From a virus: a DNA stretch of 64,000 nt. Position 1 is the first letter of the stretch. Each line of letters opens with the position of its first letter. Where the stretch lies: IMG/VR virus record IMGVR_UViG_3300043185_000079; one strand, 5' to 3'. Positions 8,449 through 17,748 of the stretch are shown piece by piece. The notes beneath the pieces are model-generated. The model was not told the DNA's origin. It made no database searches and saw only the letters and a list, made by a program, of their open reading frames with translations. The translations under genes were made by a program, and so were the position numbers.

Positions 8449-8829
8449 GTGCAGAGATGCCCCGCGTGCAGGAGAGATCAGCCGGTCGACATGTTCCGCG
8501 GGGAGACGTGCTCGGAGTGCTGGGCACGCCTGCCTGCGACCATCCGGGTCGTCGTTCCCCAGGATTGGCAGTCTGATCCGCGAGGTCTGCCGGAGATGCG
8601 GGCCGACGTCGACGACGAGGCGTGGACCGCCTCGCGCGGAGCCTGGACGCTTGAGGTCCGGTGGAGGGGGAAGCTCGCGGTCTACGAATGCCGAGCCCTG
8701 CGGACGGGAGATCCGGTGGCGCCCCAGGTGGCCAGCCTCGCCTACCCCCACGAGGTGCTCGACTGGATCGGGGCCTGGCTGAGACAGGCGGCCGGTAGCG
8801 GGCCTATGGGCTCCCCGCAGGCAGGATGA
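8449..8829 (+). CDS. Zn-ribbon hypothetical protein
   Basis: GTG 5 nt after GG-TAACGT; CPAC...CSEC. Confidence 0.7.
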   Translation: MQRCPACRRDQPVDMFRGETCSECWARLPATIRVVVPQDWQSDPRGLPEMRADVDDEAWTASRGAWTLEVRWRGKLAVYECRALRTGDPVAPQVASLAYPHEVLDWIGAWLRQAAGSGPMGSPQAG

Positions 8830-9824
8830 ACACGATCCTCCGTCACGCGGCCCTGAACCTCGCCCGAACCAGGCCCGAGTTTCGCGAGGCCTTGCGCGAG
8901 CAGCTCCGAGCCTCAAACAGCCGGCTCGCCGTTCGGGTGCCGATGAAGAAAGAGATCATCGACAAGTCTCGTGCCGCCGCCGAGATCCTCTTTCACGCGA
9001 GGGGCCAACGCCAGGGCATCCGACTCTATCAGGATCTCTTGCAGGATTGGCTCGACACCTATGCCCTGGGCATGTCGGACGTCCCTACCGAGTTCGAGAA
9101 TAAGATCCGCGAGGTGAAGAACGCCACCTACGAACTCGACCACGCGATTGGAGATGTCGCGCACAGAATGGAGGCGCTCGCCCGCGACATCGAGCGGTAT
9201 AAGGGAGACTGGCGTCCCAGAGTCTACGCCTCCGAAAAAGAGGCGCTGGGCCGCCTGCCGATGGAGCGCCGGCACTTCCTCCCGCCGGCCGCGCGAGATA
9301 AGGCCCCCCTGGAACCCGATGGCACGGATCTCCAGATCTGGACTTGGGAGAGCGGCGGGGCGATCTACGGAATCGCCTTCGCAGGCAAGGCTAATAAGCC
9401 GCTGTGGCACCTCAGATTCATGAGCGAGGGCCGACGCGATCAGATGATCAAGGAGACGATCGAGTCTAGGAAACGATCCATCGAGACGAAGCTCCAGCGC
9501 ATGAAGGAGCGCAAGGAGTTCCAGCACGACTACAAGGTCGGCGATATCCTCGACAGCTCCTGGGGGTACGACCAAACCAACCACGATTTCTACGTCGTCA
9601 CGAAGGTGATCGGAAAGCAGATCGAGATCCGCGAGGTCGCGAAGAAGGTGGTCCGAGAGGAGAGGACGGCAGAGTACGTCGTGCCGGTCCCCGCCCATTT
9701 CGTGGGACCCCCGATGCGGAAGACTCCGCAGAAGGGCGGCTATGTGCGCCTGACGTCGTACTCGTCCGCGAGCAAGTGGGATGGGAAGCCGAAGTACCAG
9801 ACGGCCTTCGGGTACGGGCACTGA
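8826..9824 (+). CDS. modular protein with N-terminal LNLARTRPEFREAL motif
   Basis: GGTA-N6-CTAT at 8794-8807; C-terminal module GDILDSSWGYDQTNHDFYVV resembles a common phage hypothetical domain. Confidence 0.7.
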   Translation: MNTILRHAALNLARTRPEFREALREQLRASNSRLAVRVPMKKEIIDKSRAAAEILFHARGQRQGIRLYQDLLQDWLDTYALGMSDVPTEFENKIREVKNATYELDHAIGDVAHRMEALARDIERYKGDWRPRVYASEKEALGRLPMERRHFLPPAARDKAPLEPDGTDLQIWTWESGGAIYGIAFAGKANKPLWHLRFMSEGRRDQMIKETIESRKRSIETKLQRMKERKEFQHDYKVGDILDSSWGYDQTNHDFYVVTKVIGKQIEIREVAKKVVREERTAEYVVPVPAHFVGPPMRKTPQKGGYVRLTSYSSASKWDGKPKYQTAFGYGH

Positions 9825-9871
9825 CGATGAGCAGAACGATGAGCAGAACGATGAGCAGAACGATGAGCAGA
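9824..9871 (+). repeat. 12-bp tandem repeat x4 (ACGATGAGCAGA)
   Basis: Perfect copies, each carrying an in-frame ATG. Confidence 0.95.
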
Positions 9872-10669
9872 ATTCAAAGGGGAATCACGGAGCTGCGTCT
9901 CGCCAGCGAGATGCTCCGCACTGCGGGGGGCACGGACTTCTCGGTGTTCGTCCGCGGCACCGATCCACGCAAGGCGTTCCAGGAGGCCGTGGCGGACGCT
10001 CGACACGAGCACGGGCACGGCGGGTACTCCGGCTCCATCGCGGAGAAGAGTGACTTCAAGCTCCGCAGCTCGACCCCGATGACGCGGGACGAGGCCCACG
10101 CGTTCATCAACAAGGACATCGAGAGGAACGAGAAGTGGGGCCCGGCCTTCGCCGTCCCCATCGCCGAGGGCAAGGTGCTCCGCGAGAGCACGAAGACCGT
10201 CAAGGTCCAGGCCAAGAGCGCGACCTTCGCCGCCGAGGAGGCGCGGAAGCTCCTGACCAGCCAGGCGCGCGCCGGGTCGACCGTCGAGGTCGCCGTCGAG
10301 CACGGCTCCATCAAGGCACTCAAGGCCGGGTCGCCGCCGAAGGTCGAGAAGTCGAAGGGGACGACCTCCTACTGGACGTTCGGTCTGAGCTACGACCGTC
10401 CCAGCGACTGGGCTCCCGACCGTGGTGGAAGATTCAAGGATCGTGCGGGAGCCATGGCCGCGCTCAAGGAGATCTTGGCGGTCAAGCCTGGACGCGAGCC
10501 TCCCTCCAAGGGGGCCCACTACACGGTCTGGAAGGTGCAGCAGACCGACGTCGTCAAGGTCGTCGAGGAACCGTCCAAGCTGCCGTCGTGGGAGGTCACG
10601 GCCAAGGTGCGCGAGGTCCAGAAGGGGACCGTGGTCGGGTACATGTTCTACGGCATCGCCAGCGACTAG
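9827..10669 (+). CDS. hypothetical protein with RTA-ended leader and a GHGGYSGSIAEK domain
   Basis: Strong codon bias; it starts inside a 12-bp x4 repeat, so the start is ambiguous (9827, 9839, 9851 or 9863). Confidence 0.75.
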   Translation: MSRTMSRTMSRTMSRIQRGITELRLASEMLRTAGGTDFSVFVRGTDPRKAFQEAVADARHEHGHGGYSGSIAEKSDFKLRSSTPMTRDEAHAFINKDIERNEKWGPAFAVPIAEGKVLRESTKTVKVQAKSATFAAEEARKLLTSQARAGSTVEVAVEHGSIKALKAGSPPKVEKSKGTTSYWTFGLSYDRPSDWAPDRGGRFKDRAGAMAALKEILAVKPGREPPSKGAHYTVWKVQQTDVVKVVEEPSKLPSWEVTAKVREVQKGTVVGYMFYGIASD

Positions 10670-10851
10670 GAGTAGCCGTCCCTCGCCCAGCCCTTCCCGA
10701 CCAGCTGGAAGCTGGACAGGGTGATGCGCCTCTCCAGGGAGCCCGTGGCCGCGCAGGCGGGGCATTGCTCCGGGGGAGGCTCTCGGTGGCTCCGCTGCAG
10801 CTCCTCGACCACCGCCTTGCACTCTCGGCACTCGTAGATGTAGACTGGCAC
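10666..10851 (-). CDS. FmdB-family zinc ribbon protein
   Basis: MPVYIYECREC...CPAC...LERRI..SSFQLVGKGWARDGY. Confidence 0.85.
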   Translation of the reverse strand: MPVYIYECRECKAVVEELQRSHREPPPEQCPACAATGSLERRITLSSFQLVGKGWARDGYS

Positions 10852-10921
10852 CTGCGATGGCAATCTACCTCGCGCACGACACCCTGTTGCGCCGCTCCTT
10901 ACCGTGAGCGAGAGCGCTCGT

Positions 10922-10993
10922 GCGCGCGTAGGCCAATGAAGAGCCGCCGGCCCTAAGTCCCGGTGGATGGGAGTACGAGTCTCCCCGCACCCT
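10922..10993 (+). pseudogene. degenerate tRNA-Leu(TAA)-like element
   Basis: D arm GGC-CAATGAAGA-GCC, anticodon arm CCGG(C)-CCTAAGT-(C)CCGG, T arm GGGAG-TACGAGT-CTCCC; the acceptor stem has two mismatches. It parallels the adjacent tRNA. Confidence 0.6.
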
Positions 10994-10994
10994 C

Positions 10995-11068
10995 GGGGGT
11001 GTAGGCCAACTGGTAGAGTCGCCCGGCCCAAACCCGGGATGTTGAGGGTTCGAGTCCCTCCGCCCCCA
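10995..11068 (+). tRNA. tRNA-Leu(CAA)-like, short variable arm, C33
   Basis: GGGGGTG/CGCCCCC acceptor, A73, D arm GGC/GTC, CCCGG-CCCAAAC-CCGGG, GAGGG-TTCGAGT-CCCTC. Confidence 0.8.
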
Positions 11069-11071
11069 CCG

Positions 11072-11269
11072 TCATCCGTCGCGCTGTGTGAACTCCAGCA
11101 GACAGCACTCCTCGCCGTCGACGCGCGCGTCTGAGTGAACTTGCACGGTCACGTGCGGGGGCAGGTCGCGGGTCCACGTCTCGGCCGTGGCCTGGTCTGG
11201 AACCGCGACGAGGGCGATGCCGCGTTCGTGGACGCGCTTGAGGACGAAATCGCGCTGATCGGACGTCAT
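11072..11269 (-). CDS. small hypothetical protein
   Basis: Coding-like 3' part of ORF 11072..11581 (MTSDQRDFVLK...). Confidence 0.5.
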   Translation of the reverse strand: MTSDQRDFVLKRVHERGIALVAVPDQATAETWTRDLPPHVTVQVHSDARVDGEECCLLEFTQRDG

Positions 11270-11309
11270 GGGAAGATGCTGGGGCTCCGCGATAGGGAGG
11301 CTAACGTTC

Positions 11310-11618
11310 TCACCATGTCCTACGCGCGCGCCTCGTCGTCGCGGCCGTTCCCGAGCACGCGAGGCCGAGGCGCTGGAGCCTGAGCCCGTGGAGGAACGTC
11401 CTGGCGCGGGCGTAGGTCTTGACGGCCGTGCCGATCTCGTGCCGGATCGCGATGTTGTCCAGGCACTCCGAGATGGAGCGGTCGACGTCTTCCGGGGTGG
11501 CCCGGAGCGCTGCGCGAGGCATCCACACGGCCATGGCCCCTCCCCACGCGTTCTGGATCGCCGCAAACGGGACCACGTCACCGTTCGGCGCGACAGCGTA
11601 CATCTCCGTGCGGCTCAT
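11310..11618 (-). CDS. hypothetical protein
   Basis: GGAAGG RBS; GC3 bias. Confidence 0.55.
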   Translation of the reverse strand: MSRTEMYAVAPNGDVVPFAAIQNAWGGAMAVWMPRAALRATPEDVDRSISECLDNIAIRHEIGTAVKTYARARTFLHGLRLQRLGLACSGTAATTRRARRTW

Positions 11619-11654
11619 GCTGCCCTTCCCGGCCGGCCATCCTTGTGACGTGGG

Positions 11655-12428
11655 TCAGAGCGTCTTGGTGATGTCGACGACCAGCTCGTCGCCCTGGACC
11701 TCGACGGCGTAGGTGTCGCCCGGTTCGAACCGCCCGCTGCCGGCCTTGACGAAGAGGATGCGGCCGCGCGACGTGATGTCGTAGTCCACGGCCCCGTCGA
11801 CCTGGTCCAGGGTGATGATCGCGTGCTCGACGTTGTCGTCGAACCTGACCCATACGCTGTTCTTGCCTCCCCGGAAGCTGCGGCCGGTCTTGTGGAGCAG
11901 GGCCTCCAAGCACACGCGAGGGATGCACAGGCGATGGTCGGTGTGGACCGTGGCCGTCATCTCGGACGTGGCCGGGAGCATCGGCGTGGGCGGGGTCGCG
12001 GCGATGGGGTGCTCGGCGGGCATCTGCGTCAGCTGTGCCCCCGGCTCCGGGATGTCCAGCTCAAACGGGAAGTTCTGCGCCTCGTCCTCGTCCGGAGCGT
12101 AGACGAAGACCGTCTGTCCGGCCGGGGTGCGGCCGAGGCCGGCGCACGTGCGCGGGACCTGCACCGCCGCAATCCCGCGGTACGAGACCGCCCCAGAGTA
12201 GAATTTATCCTGGACGCGCTCGCCGATCCACTGGACCTTGAAGCGGAACTCGGGCCGGTAGACCCGGAGGATCGAGGCGATGTGCCCGGACGTGAATGAC
12301 TGTCCGAGCTGCGTCGTGCAGTCGATGAAGTCGTCCACGGCCTGTTGCCAGTCGGGAGACTGGCGGATGGCCTCACTGAGTGCGTGTTCGTTCTGCATTG
12401 GCTTTCTCCTCGCCCTGGCCTTCGGCAT
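11655..12428 (-). CDS. hypothetical protein, possible C-terminal AbrB-like beta barrel
   Basis: Strong codon bias; TATVHTDHRLCIP and YDITSRGRILF resemble swapped-hairpin repeats. The start may be at MQNEH (AGGAG RBS). Confidence 0.65.
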   Translation of the reverse strand: MPKARARRKPMQNEHALSEAIRQSPDWQQAVDDFIDCTTQLGQSFTSGHIASILRVYRPEFRFKVQWIGERVQDKFYSGAVSYRGIAAVQVPRTCAGLGRTPAGQTVFVYAPDEDEAQNFPFELDIPEPGAQLTQMPAEHPIAATPPTPMLPATSEMTATVHTDHRLCIPRVCLEALLHKTGRSFRGGKNSVWVRFDDNVEHAIITLDQVDGAVDYDITSRGRILFVKAGSGRFEPGDTYAVEVQGDELVVDITKTL

Positions 12429-12440
12429 CGGGGTATGTGG

Positions 12441-12749
12441 CTACCAGCCCTTCTTGCTCACTGGCTCCTGTCTCACTGGCTCCTGTCGCACGGTAGCGAC
12501 AATGGGGAACGGGGCGGACAGGACGGCCAGTTCCAAGAACTCGTCGTCCAGCATCGTCACGCCGTCGAGTGGTTTCACGTCGTACTCGTGTCCGCTGTAC
12601 GCGGGACCAGGATAGCTCTCGTCGAGCCATGCCTCGACCTTGTCGGCCGCGGCCTCCGGGTCCGGCGCGTCCAGGAGAACGACCTTCGGGATGACGCGGA
12701 CGTGGCCCTCGCTCTCGAAGAACACCTGCGTCGTGGCGTAGAAAACCAT
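12441..12749 (-). CDS. hypothetical protein
   Basis: GGAGG RBS, MVFYATTQVFF...; 15-bp duplication (RQEPV x2) near the end. Confidence 0.7.
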   Translation of the reverse strand: MVFYATTQVFFESEGHVRVIPKVVLLDAPDPEAAADKVEAWLDESYPGPAYSGHEYDVKPLDGVTMLDDEFLELAVLSAPFPIVATVRQEPVRQEPVSKKGW

Positions 12750-12870
12750 CAGCGTCTTCCTCCGCACGTGAGCGTGCCGAAGTGCTGCCCCGTCGCGTCG
12801 TCGGGCAGGTAGAACACCGTCCTCCAGCAGCAAGAGGTGGACGGAGCCATCAGGAGCCTTTTCCTGCGGA

Positions 12871-12899
12871 TTGGACAGAACGCATGGGTGGGTTATACT
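12871..12899 (+). promoter_or_regulatory. sigma70-like promoter TTGGAC-N17-TATACT
   Basis: Near-consensus hexamers with a 17-bp spacer, upstream of TTG 12910. Confidence 0.6.
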
Positions 12900-12909
12900 C
12901 CGCAACAGA

Positions 12910-14070
12910 TTGAAGGTCAACCTCGCGGATGTTCTTTCTCGACGGCTCCCGGACGACCGCCCCAACTCCCTCATCGCGATGCGGTTCGGCAGGTTGGTCG
13001 TGGTGGCTGAGTTCCAGGGGAAAAAGGGTGCCTTCGCACCTCTCTGCTTGTGTCGGTGTGACTGCGGGGACGAGCATTGGGTCACACGCGGGAATCTGCG
13101 ACGAACTAGGAGCTGCGGTTGTCTCCGTGTCCCGGAGCTTGTCGGCGCACGATTTGGCAGGCTCACCGTGGTGGAGCCTGTCTCGACGACACTCCGCTCC
13201 GGCAGGAAGCAAACAGCCTTCAGGTGTCGTTGCGACTGCGGGAAGGAGACCGTCGTGTACGCTGGATCTCTTCGAGCAAACTCGACGGTGAGTTGTGGTT
13301 GCGTCAGGTCTGCGGTGATCCATCCCGGCACGAGGTTCGGTCGGCTCGTCGTCGGAGAGCGGCTCCCCGACCCGTCTCGGAGATGGGCTTACGTATATCA
13401 CTGCACGTGTGACTGTGGCATGACGAATCAGGTCAAAGGCAGTGTCCTGAGATCGGGCAAAACGTTGAGCTGTGGTTGTTTGCGTGATGATGTTTCGCGC
13501 GGACCATACGGGGAATCTGTGAAAACCAACATCTTCCACGGCTACCGGAAAAATGCGCGTAAGAGAGGAATCCAATTTGACCTCACGCTGGAGGATGCAG
13601 TTCGACTTTTTCAGGCTCTGTGTCATTACTGCGGAGCACCTCCACGACCCCTTCGGAGGAAGGGTCTTTACGGGGAGTATGTGGCCAATGGCATCGACCG
13701 TCCAGACAACAACAATGGGTACGTTAGGGGGAACATGGTCCCGTGTTGCACGACCTGTAATTTGGCCAAGAGCACAATGACAGTCGCAGGTTTTTTGCGG
13801 TGGGTGTCCAGGATCGTGCCCCCAGAGGAATGGAGAGTCTCCGGCGGCTCCGACCTTCCGATCTTCGCGCCGGTGACCCCCCGAGAACGCGCCAGAGTCC
13901 GCAAATACCTTCAAGGTGCAAAAGAGCGCGGTTTTGATTTTGAGTTGGACGAGTTCGCCTGTGTGGCCAGGTTCCGGTCTCCATGCTCCTATTGCGGCCG
14001 GTCCCCTGCTCTTGGCATCGATCGGGCAGACAATACTGGAGGCTACACCGAAGCTAACGCTGTCCCTTGA
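12910..14070 (+). CDS. free-standing HNH homing-endonuclease-like protein with three RFGRL..CxCDCG..SCGC repeats
   Basis: Three N-terminal repeats and two CxYCG...GIDR.DN..GY...N.VP modules; the second is truncated or frameshifted. Opposite strand to its neighbours and lower GC. Confidence 0.85.
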   Translation: MKVNLADVLSRRLPDDRPNSLIAMRFGRLVVVAEFQGKKGAFAPLCLCRCDCGDEHWVTRGNLRRTRSCGCLRVPELVGARFGRLTVVEPVSTTLRSGRKQTAFRCRCDCGKETVVYAGSLRANSTVSCGCVRSAVIHPGTRFGRLVVGERLPDPSRRWAYVYHCTCDCGMTNQVKGSVLRSGKTLSCGCLRDDVSRGPYGESVKTNIFHGYRKNARKRGIQFDLTLEDAVRLFQALCHYCGAPPRPLRRKGLYGEYVANGIDRPDNNNGYVRGNMVPCCTTCNLAKSTMTVAGFLRWVSRIVPPEEWRVSGGSDLPIFAPVTPRERARVRKYLQGAKERGFDFELDEFACVARFRSPCSYCGRSPALGIDRADNTGGYTEANAVP

Positions 14071-14106
14071 GGATTTCCTGACCTGGGCAGCGCGAGTCCG
14101 CGAGCA

Positions 14107-15750
14107 TCAGAAGCTCACTTCGACGAGATAGCGAATCCGCTGGCGGTTGACGTTGAAGAGCACGTGCTCGTCATTCTGGACAGACGTGTGTTCTGGATAC
14201 GCGGCGATGCTGTCGTGTCCCGCGGGACAATCGGGGACGCTCCACATGGTAGATTTGGCCATGTAGGGCTTGCCCATGATCGCATCGCACAGGAACATGA
14301 AAGCTCCGCGCCCACGGATGGCACCTGACGATGACGAGTAGAGAGCCTTCGGGGAAGAGACATAGCCAGCACTTTTGCCGCGGTCGGTCGCCGCGTACCA
14401 GCCCGCTCCGAAGGCCGATCCCGTGATGTGCACGCCCTTGAGCGCCTTCGGGAGCCGGAAGTTCGTTTGCATGATCGGAGCAATGTTGACCGAGCGCGTT
14501 CCGTGGATCGCGAGGAACGCGTTCGCATCTCCGTACCAGTCGCCGATGTCCGAAGTGTCGGGGCGACTGCGGGGTTGGAGTCGGGCCTTCTCGAGGCGAT
14601 TTCCCTTGCGGAGGCTTGCAACCTGCCTGATCTCGTTCACGAACAGGTCGTCGACCCGAGGACGCTTGACGGAGAAGATGTTGTGGACCGTCCACCTCTC
14701 GCGCAGGTGTCCGTGGCGATTGTTCGTCATCGACAAGTACGAGTCATAGACCCACTTCCCGAGACCGTTCTTCTGATCGATCCACTCGATCTCGGCGTTG
14801 AGCACTTCGCAGGGGTCCAGCTCGTCGTCCTTCCGCTCCTCGACGTCGAAGTCCTCGTTGCGCAGGGCGGCCTCAAAGGCGTCGAGGTCCTGCTGGATCG
14901 AGAAGATGTTGTTCTGGCTCAGGAGGACCGCGCTGGGATCTCCGTTGCGAGGGATGGGCCGCGGCACGATGGTGGCCACGTAGGTCGAGAGCTGCTGGAG
15001 CCGCTTGTCCTTGAGCTGGGCTTCCTGGTCGGGCCCGATCTTGGCGAGGAGCGTCAACGCGTCCGGGATCAGCTTGTCGCGGACCTCCTCGATGGCCGAC
15101 ATCGTCGGGACGATGCCGGTGCTCTGCTGCGCGGCTCGGGCGTAGTCCTGCGTGCCGCCGACCAGCGCGCGTGCGAGCGCGACGACCTGCGGCTGCGCGT
15201 CCACCCTTTTGCGGGGCGTCGCCTTCTTCTGCGCCTTCTTCTCCGGGGCGCTCGCCTTCTTCGCCACGCCCTCGTCGTCCTTGATGAGGTAGGCGTCGGG
15301 GAGCCCCCGCTCGCGGGTGGCGAGACGCTGGATGACGTAGCCGTCCTTGCCGGCCTTGCCGACCCACAGCGTACTCGACCCGACCTTCTTCTGCTCCAGC
15401 CGCTTGACGTTCTTGTCGCGGCACTGCTTCTGGAAGAAGTCGCGCGCCTCGGCCTCGGTCGAACACTGGACGAACTGGAAGTCCTGGCCTCGGAAGCTGC
15501 CGTTCCAGCTCTTACCTCCGGTCACGCGGCCCCACTCCAGGTACACGAACCACTTGCCGGCCGAGGACACGACGCCGGCGTGGTAGTACTTGTTGTTGTT
15601 CGCGTCACCGAACTGGTTGACGCAGACCATGTCGGCGATCCCGACCTCTGAGCCGAAGTCGTCCTGGTCCTTGGCCGGACGACCCTGGTACTTGAACGAT
15701 GCCGGATCCATTTTCGACGGAACTTCCTTGCGACCGAGCTTCGTGGGCAT
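14107..15750 (-). CDS. WGR-domain PARP-like ADP-ribosyltransferase
   Basis: NNNKYY...EWGRV (WGR); catalytic HGTR, FGAGWY, KSAGY, MFLCDAIMG, GHDS, NDEH...RIRYLVE (H-Y-E triad); AGGAG RBS before ATG 15750. Confidence 0.9.
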   Translation of the reverse strand: MPTKLGRKEVPSKMDPASFKYQGRPAKDQDDFGSEVGIADMVCVNQFGDANNNKYYHAGVVSSAGKWFVYLEWGRVTGGKSWNGSFRGQDFQFVQCSTEAEARDFFQKQCRDKNVKRLEQKKVGSSTLWVGKAGKDGYVIQRLATRERGLPDAYLIKDDEGVAKKASAPEKKAQKKATPRKRVDAQPQVVALARALVGGTQDYARAAQQSTGIVPTMSAIEEVRDKLIPDALTLLAKIGPDQEAQLKDKRLQQLSTYVATIVPRPIPRNGDPSAVLLSQNNIFSIQQDLDAFEAALRNEDFDVEERKDDELDPCEVLNAEIEWIDQKNGLGKWVYDSYLSMTNNRHGHLRERWTVHNIFSVKRPRVDDLFVNEIRQVASLRKGNRLEKARLQPRSRPDTSDIGDWYGDANAFLAIHGTRSVNIAPIMQTNFRLPKALKGVHITGSAFGAGWYAATDRGKSAGYVSSPKALYSSSSGAIRGRGAFMFLCDAIMGKPYMAKSTMWSVPDCPAGHDSIAAYPEHTSVQNDEHVLFNVNRQRIRYLVEVSF

Positions 15751-15767
15751 GCGTTCTCCTGTGGCCC

Positions 15768-15793
15768 GTACGGGCTGGGCCATCGTTTTACAC
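15768..15793 (-). promoter_or_regulatory. class II promoter motif GTGTAAA-N14-CGTAC
   Basis: 17 nt upstream of the PARP ATG. Confidence 0.7.
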
Positions 15794-15953
15794 GACGGGG
15801 CGAGAGTTGTCCTCGCGATTATCAGGACTGGCCGCGCGGAGTGCGCCATCGCCGTCTGCGTAGAGGCATCATGCGGTCGCAAGCGCTAACGATCAGGACT
15901 GGGTGCGCCTCGCGAGCGAAGCCACTATCATGCTGTTTCCACGAGTACGCGCG

Positions 15954-16520
15954 ATGATCTGTTCCATCTGTCGGCAAGTGTTTACGTCTCGATCGTTTAC
16001 GCCGGGTGTGTGTCCGGCGTGCGACGTGGGAGTGGGGCCGGAGGACTTCAGAGGATCCGACGAGGAGTCGCACTATGTAGCCCCGGCACTGTGGCGCGAT
16101 ATGCGCAAGCATCGTCTGGCCGATGATGTGGTCTTCGGGATCCCCGACAATCCGTCGTACGGGAAGCGCTCTCTCTGTGGCGATGACTCGAACGAGGTGA
16201 GGCACGATGATCTGGATCCCGAGGACGCGAGTCCCCGTGGTCTGTCGTCCCCGACCGAGCACCGTGAGCACGATCTGAAAACGTGGCCGTTGTATTTCCA
16301 GGCTCTGATCGACGGGACGAAGACCTTCGAGATCCGCCGCAACGATCGGGAGTACGCCGTGGGCGATATACTCGTGCTGCGTGAGTGGGATCCGTCGACG
16401 GCGATCTACACGGGTCGTTCCACGAGGATGATCATCACGTACATGACCGAGGCGTTGGACGTGGGTGGCCTGAGTCCCGGGTGCGTGTGCATGTCCGTGC
16501 GCCCCATGGAGGCCCGATGA
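15954..16520 (+). CDS. Zn-ribbon plus ASCH/DUF3850 domain protein
   Basis: CSIC..CPAC; HDLKTWPLYFQAL..GTKTFEIRRNDREYAVGDILVLREWD. Confidence 0.8.
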   Translation: MICSICRQVFTSRSFTPGVCPACDVGVGPEDFRGSDEESHYVAPALWRDMRKHRLADDVVFGIPDNPSYGKRSLCGDDSNEVRHDDLDPEDASPRGLSSPTEHREHDLKTWPLYFQALIDGTKTFEIRRNDREYAVGDILVLREWDPSTAIYTGRSTRMIITYMTEALDVGGLSPGCVCMSVRPMEAR

Positions 16521-16717
16521 GGATCAAGCGCAGGCGAATGCTCGGAGAGGGACATGGCTGGGCATCCAGCATCCCCTGCGCGATGGTCGAGGACTCCGGC
16601 CTGACTGAGTTCCACGGCGTGGTCACGCGCACATGCTGTGCTGTTGGTCCCGCGGCTCCCGAGGTGGCGGCTCCCGAGGTGATCGACATCATCACAGGCC
16701 ATCCCAAGCTCCTCTGA
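16517..16717 (+). CDS. small hypothetical protein
   Basis: ATGA coupling, GGAGG RBS; 15-bp duplication at 16652-16681. Confidence 0.55.
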   Translation: MRIKRRRMLGEGHGWASSIPCAMVEDSGLTEFHGVVTRTCCAVGPAAPEVAAPEVIDIITGHPKLL

Positions 16718-16765
16718 GTCCCCTTCGGTATTTCTCCCATATAAATCCGGTAGCCGGAGGCATTC

Positions 16766-17536
16766 ATGGTCTGTTCCGGCGACTCCCTCGACCGATTTCT
16801 GCATGCGCTGCGGAGATCCTGGGATATCGGGCAGAGTCTCGTCAACACTCTGCTGGATTGGGAGAGCGTCCACGGTTTCGCCTCGTGTGCGACCTGGACC
16901 AAGAGGGCCGTCAAGATCGATGGGCTACCGTTCGCGGTGCCTCTGGTATTCGCTCTCGGTGAAGCGTTCAGGGGCAATGCGGTCGGACACGTCGGGCGGG
17001 ACATGATCGAGGCATTCTTGCACGACGATCGTCGCGACGTCCGGGAGGCAGCCATGACCGTCGTCGAGGCGTGGGCTGGAGATGACTCGGAGGGTCCGTG
17101 GGGTGCTCTGCTCGACGACGCTCTCGCGCGAGAGGGATTGTGCCCGGACTGCGGAGCCGATGACTGTCTGTGCGACGTCAATGACTTCGATGACTTTGCG
17201 GCAGCGGAGGAGACCGAGGACAACTGGGAAGACCCAGCTCTCGAGGACTGGCGAGCCTCTGTGCGATGTCGTGAAGCTCGGATTCATATCACTGCATCGA
17301 CCAGGGTGCTCCCGAGCATCCTCGAGCGGACGTGCTCGCTGTCTCTGTCCACGACCCTGTCGATGATCGAGAGCGTTCGGACAGGCCACGTGTGCATGCC
17401 GGACGGGAACCTGAGGATCGTCCTCTCGCAGCTCTGCGGAGGCGCGGGACATGTGATCAGGATCTGGAATGACCGCGTGTGCGTCAGCCTGGAGCCGACG
17501 GGCGAGGACCGCTGGCTCGTTTTCGCGTACTGCTGA
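16766..17536 (+). CDS. hypothetical protein
   Basis: GGAGG RBS; 256-aa ORF with an internal CPDCG..CLC. Confidence 0.65.
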   Translation: MVCSGDSLDRFLHALRRSWDIGQSLVNTLLDWESVHGFASCATWTKRAVKIDGLPFAVPLVFALGEAFRGNAVGHVGRDMIEAFLHDDRRDVREAAMTVVEAWAGDDSEGPWGALLDDALAREGLCPDCGADDCLCDVNDFDDFAAAEETEDNWEDPALEDWRASVRCREARIHITASTRVLPSILERTCSLSLSTTLSMIESVRTGHVCMPDGNLRIVLSQLCGGAGHVIRIWNDRVCVSLEPTGEDRWLVFAYC

Positions 17537-17748
17537 CTCGCGGTCGAGAAGGAGTTGGCCATCAAGGAGGCAGAGACTCGCCGCGAGATCGCGGACTGAG
17601 AAGGATGCCCTGGAGGCGAAGATTGCTCGGTGGCATGGTGATTTTCGCGAGACGGTTACGGCCCTATCAGGGACGATGAGTAGAGTCAGAGGGATCCCGG
17701 GAACCGGGATTCCAGCACCAGACGGCGAAGGCCAGAAGGTGACCCGCA

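Noticed and set aside
10995-11068. tRNA-Trp(CCA) call
   Set aside because: The only valid stem register centres CAA; A73 and the D arm fit Leu better.
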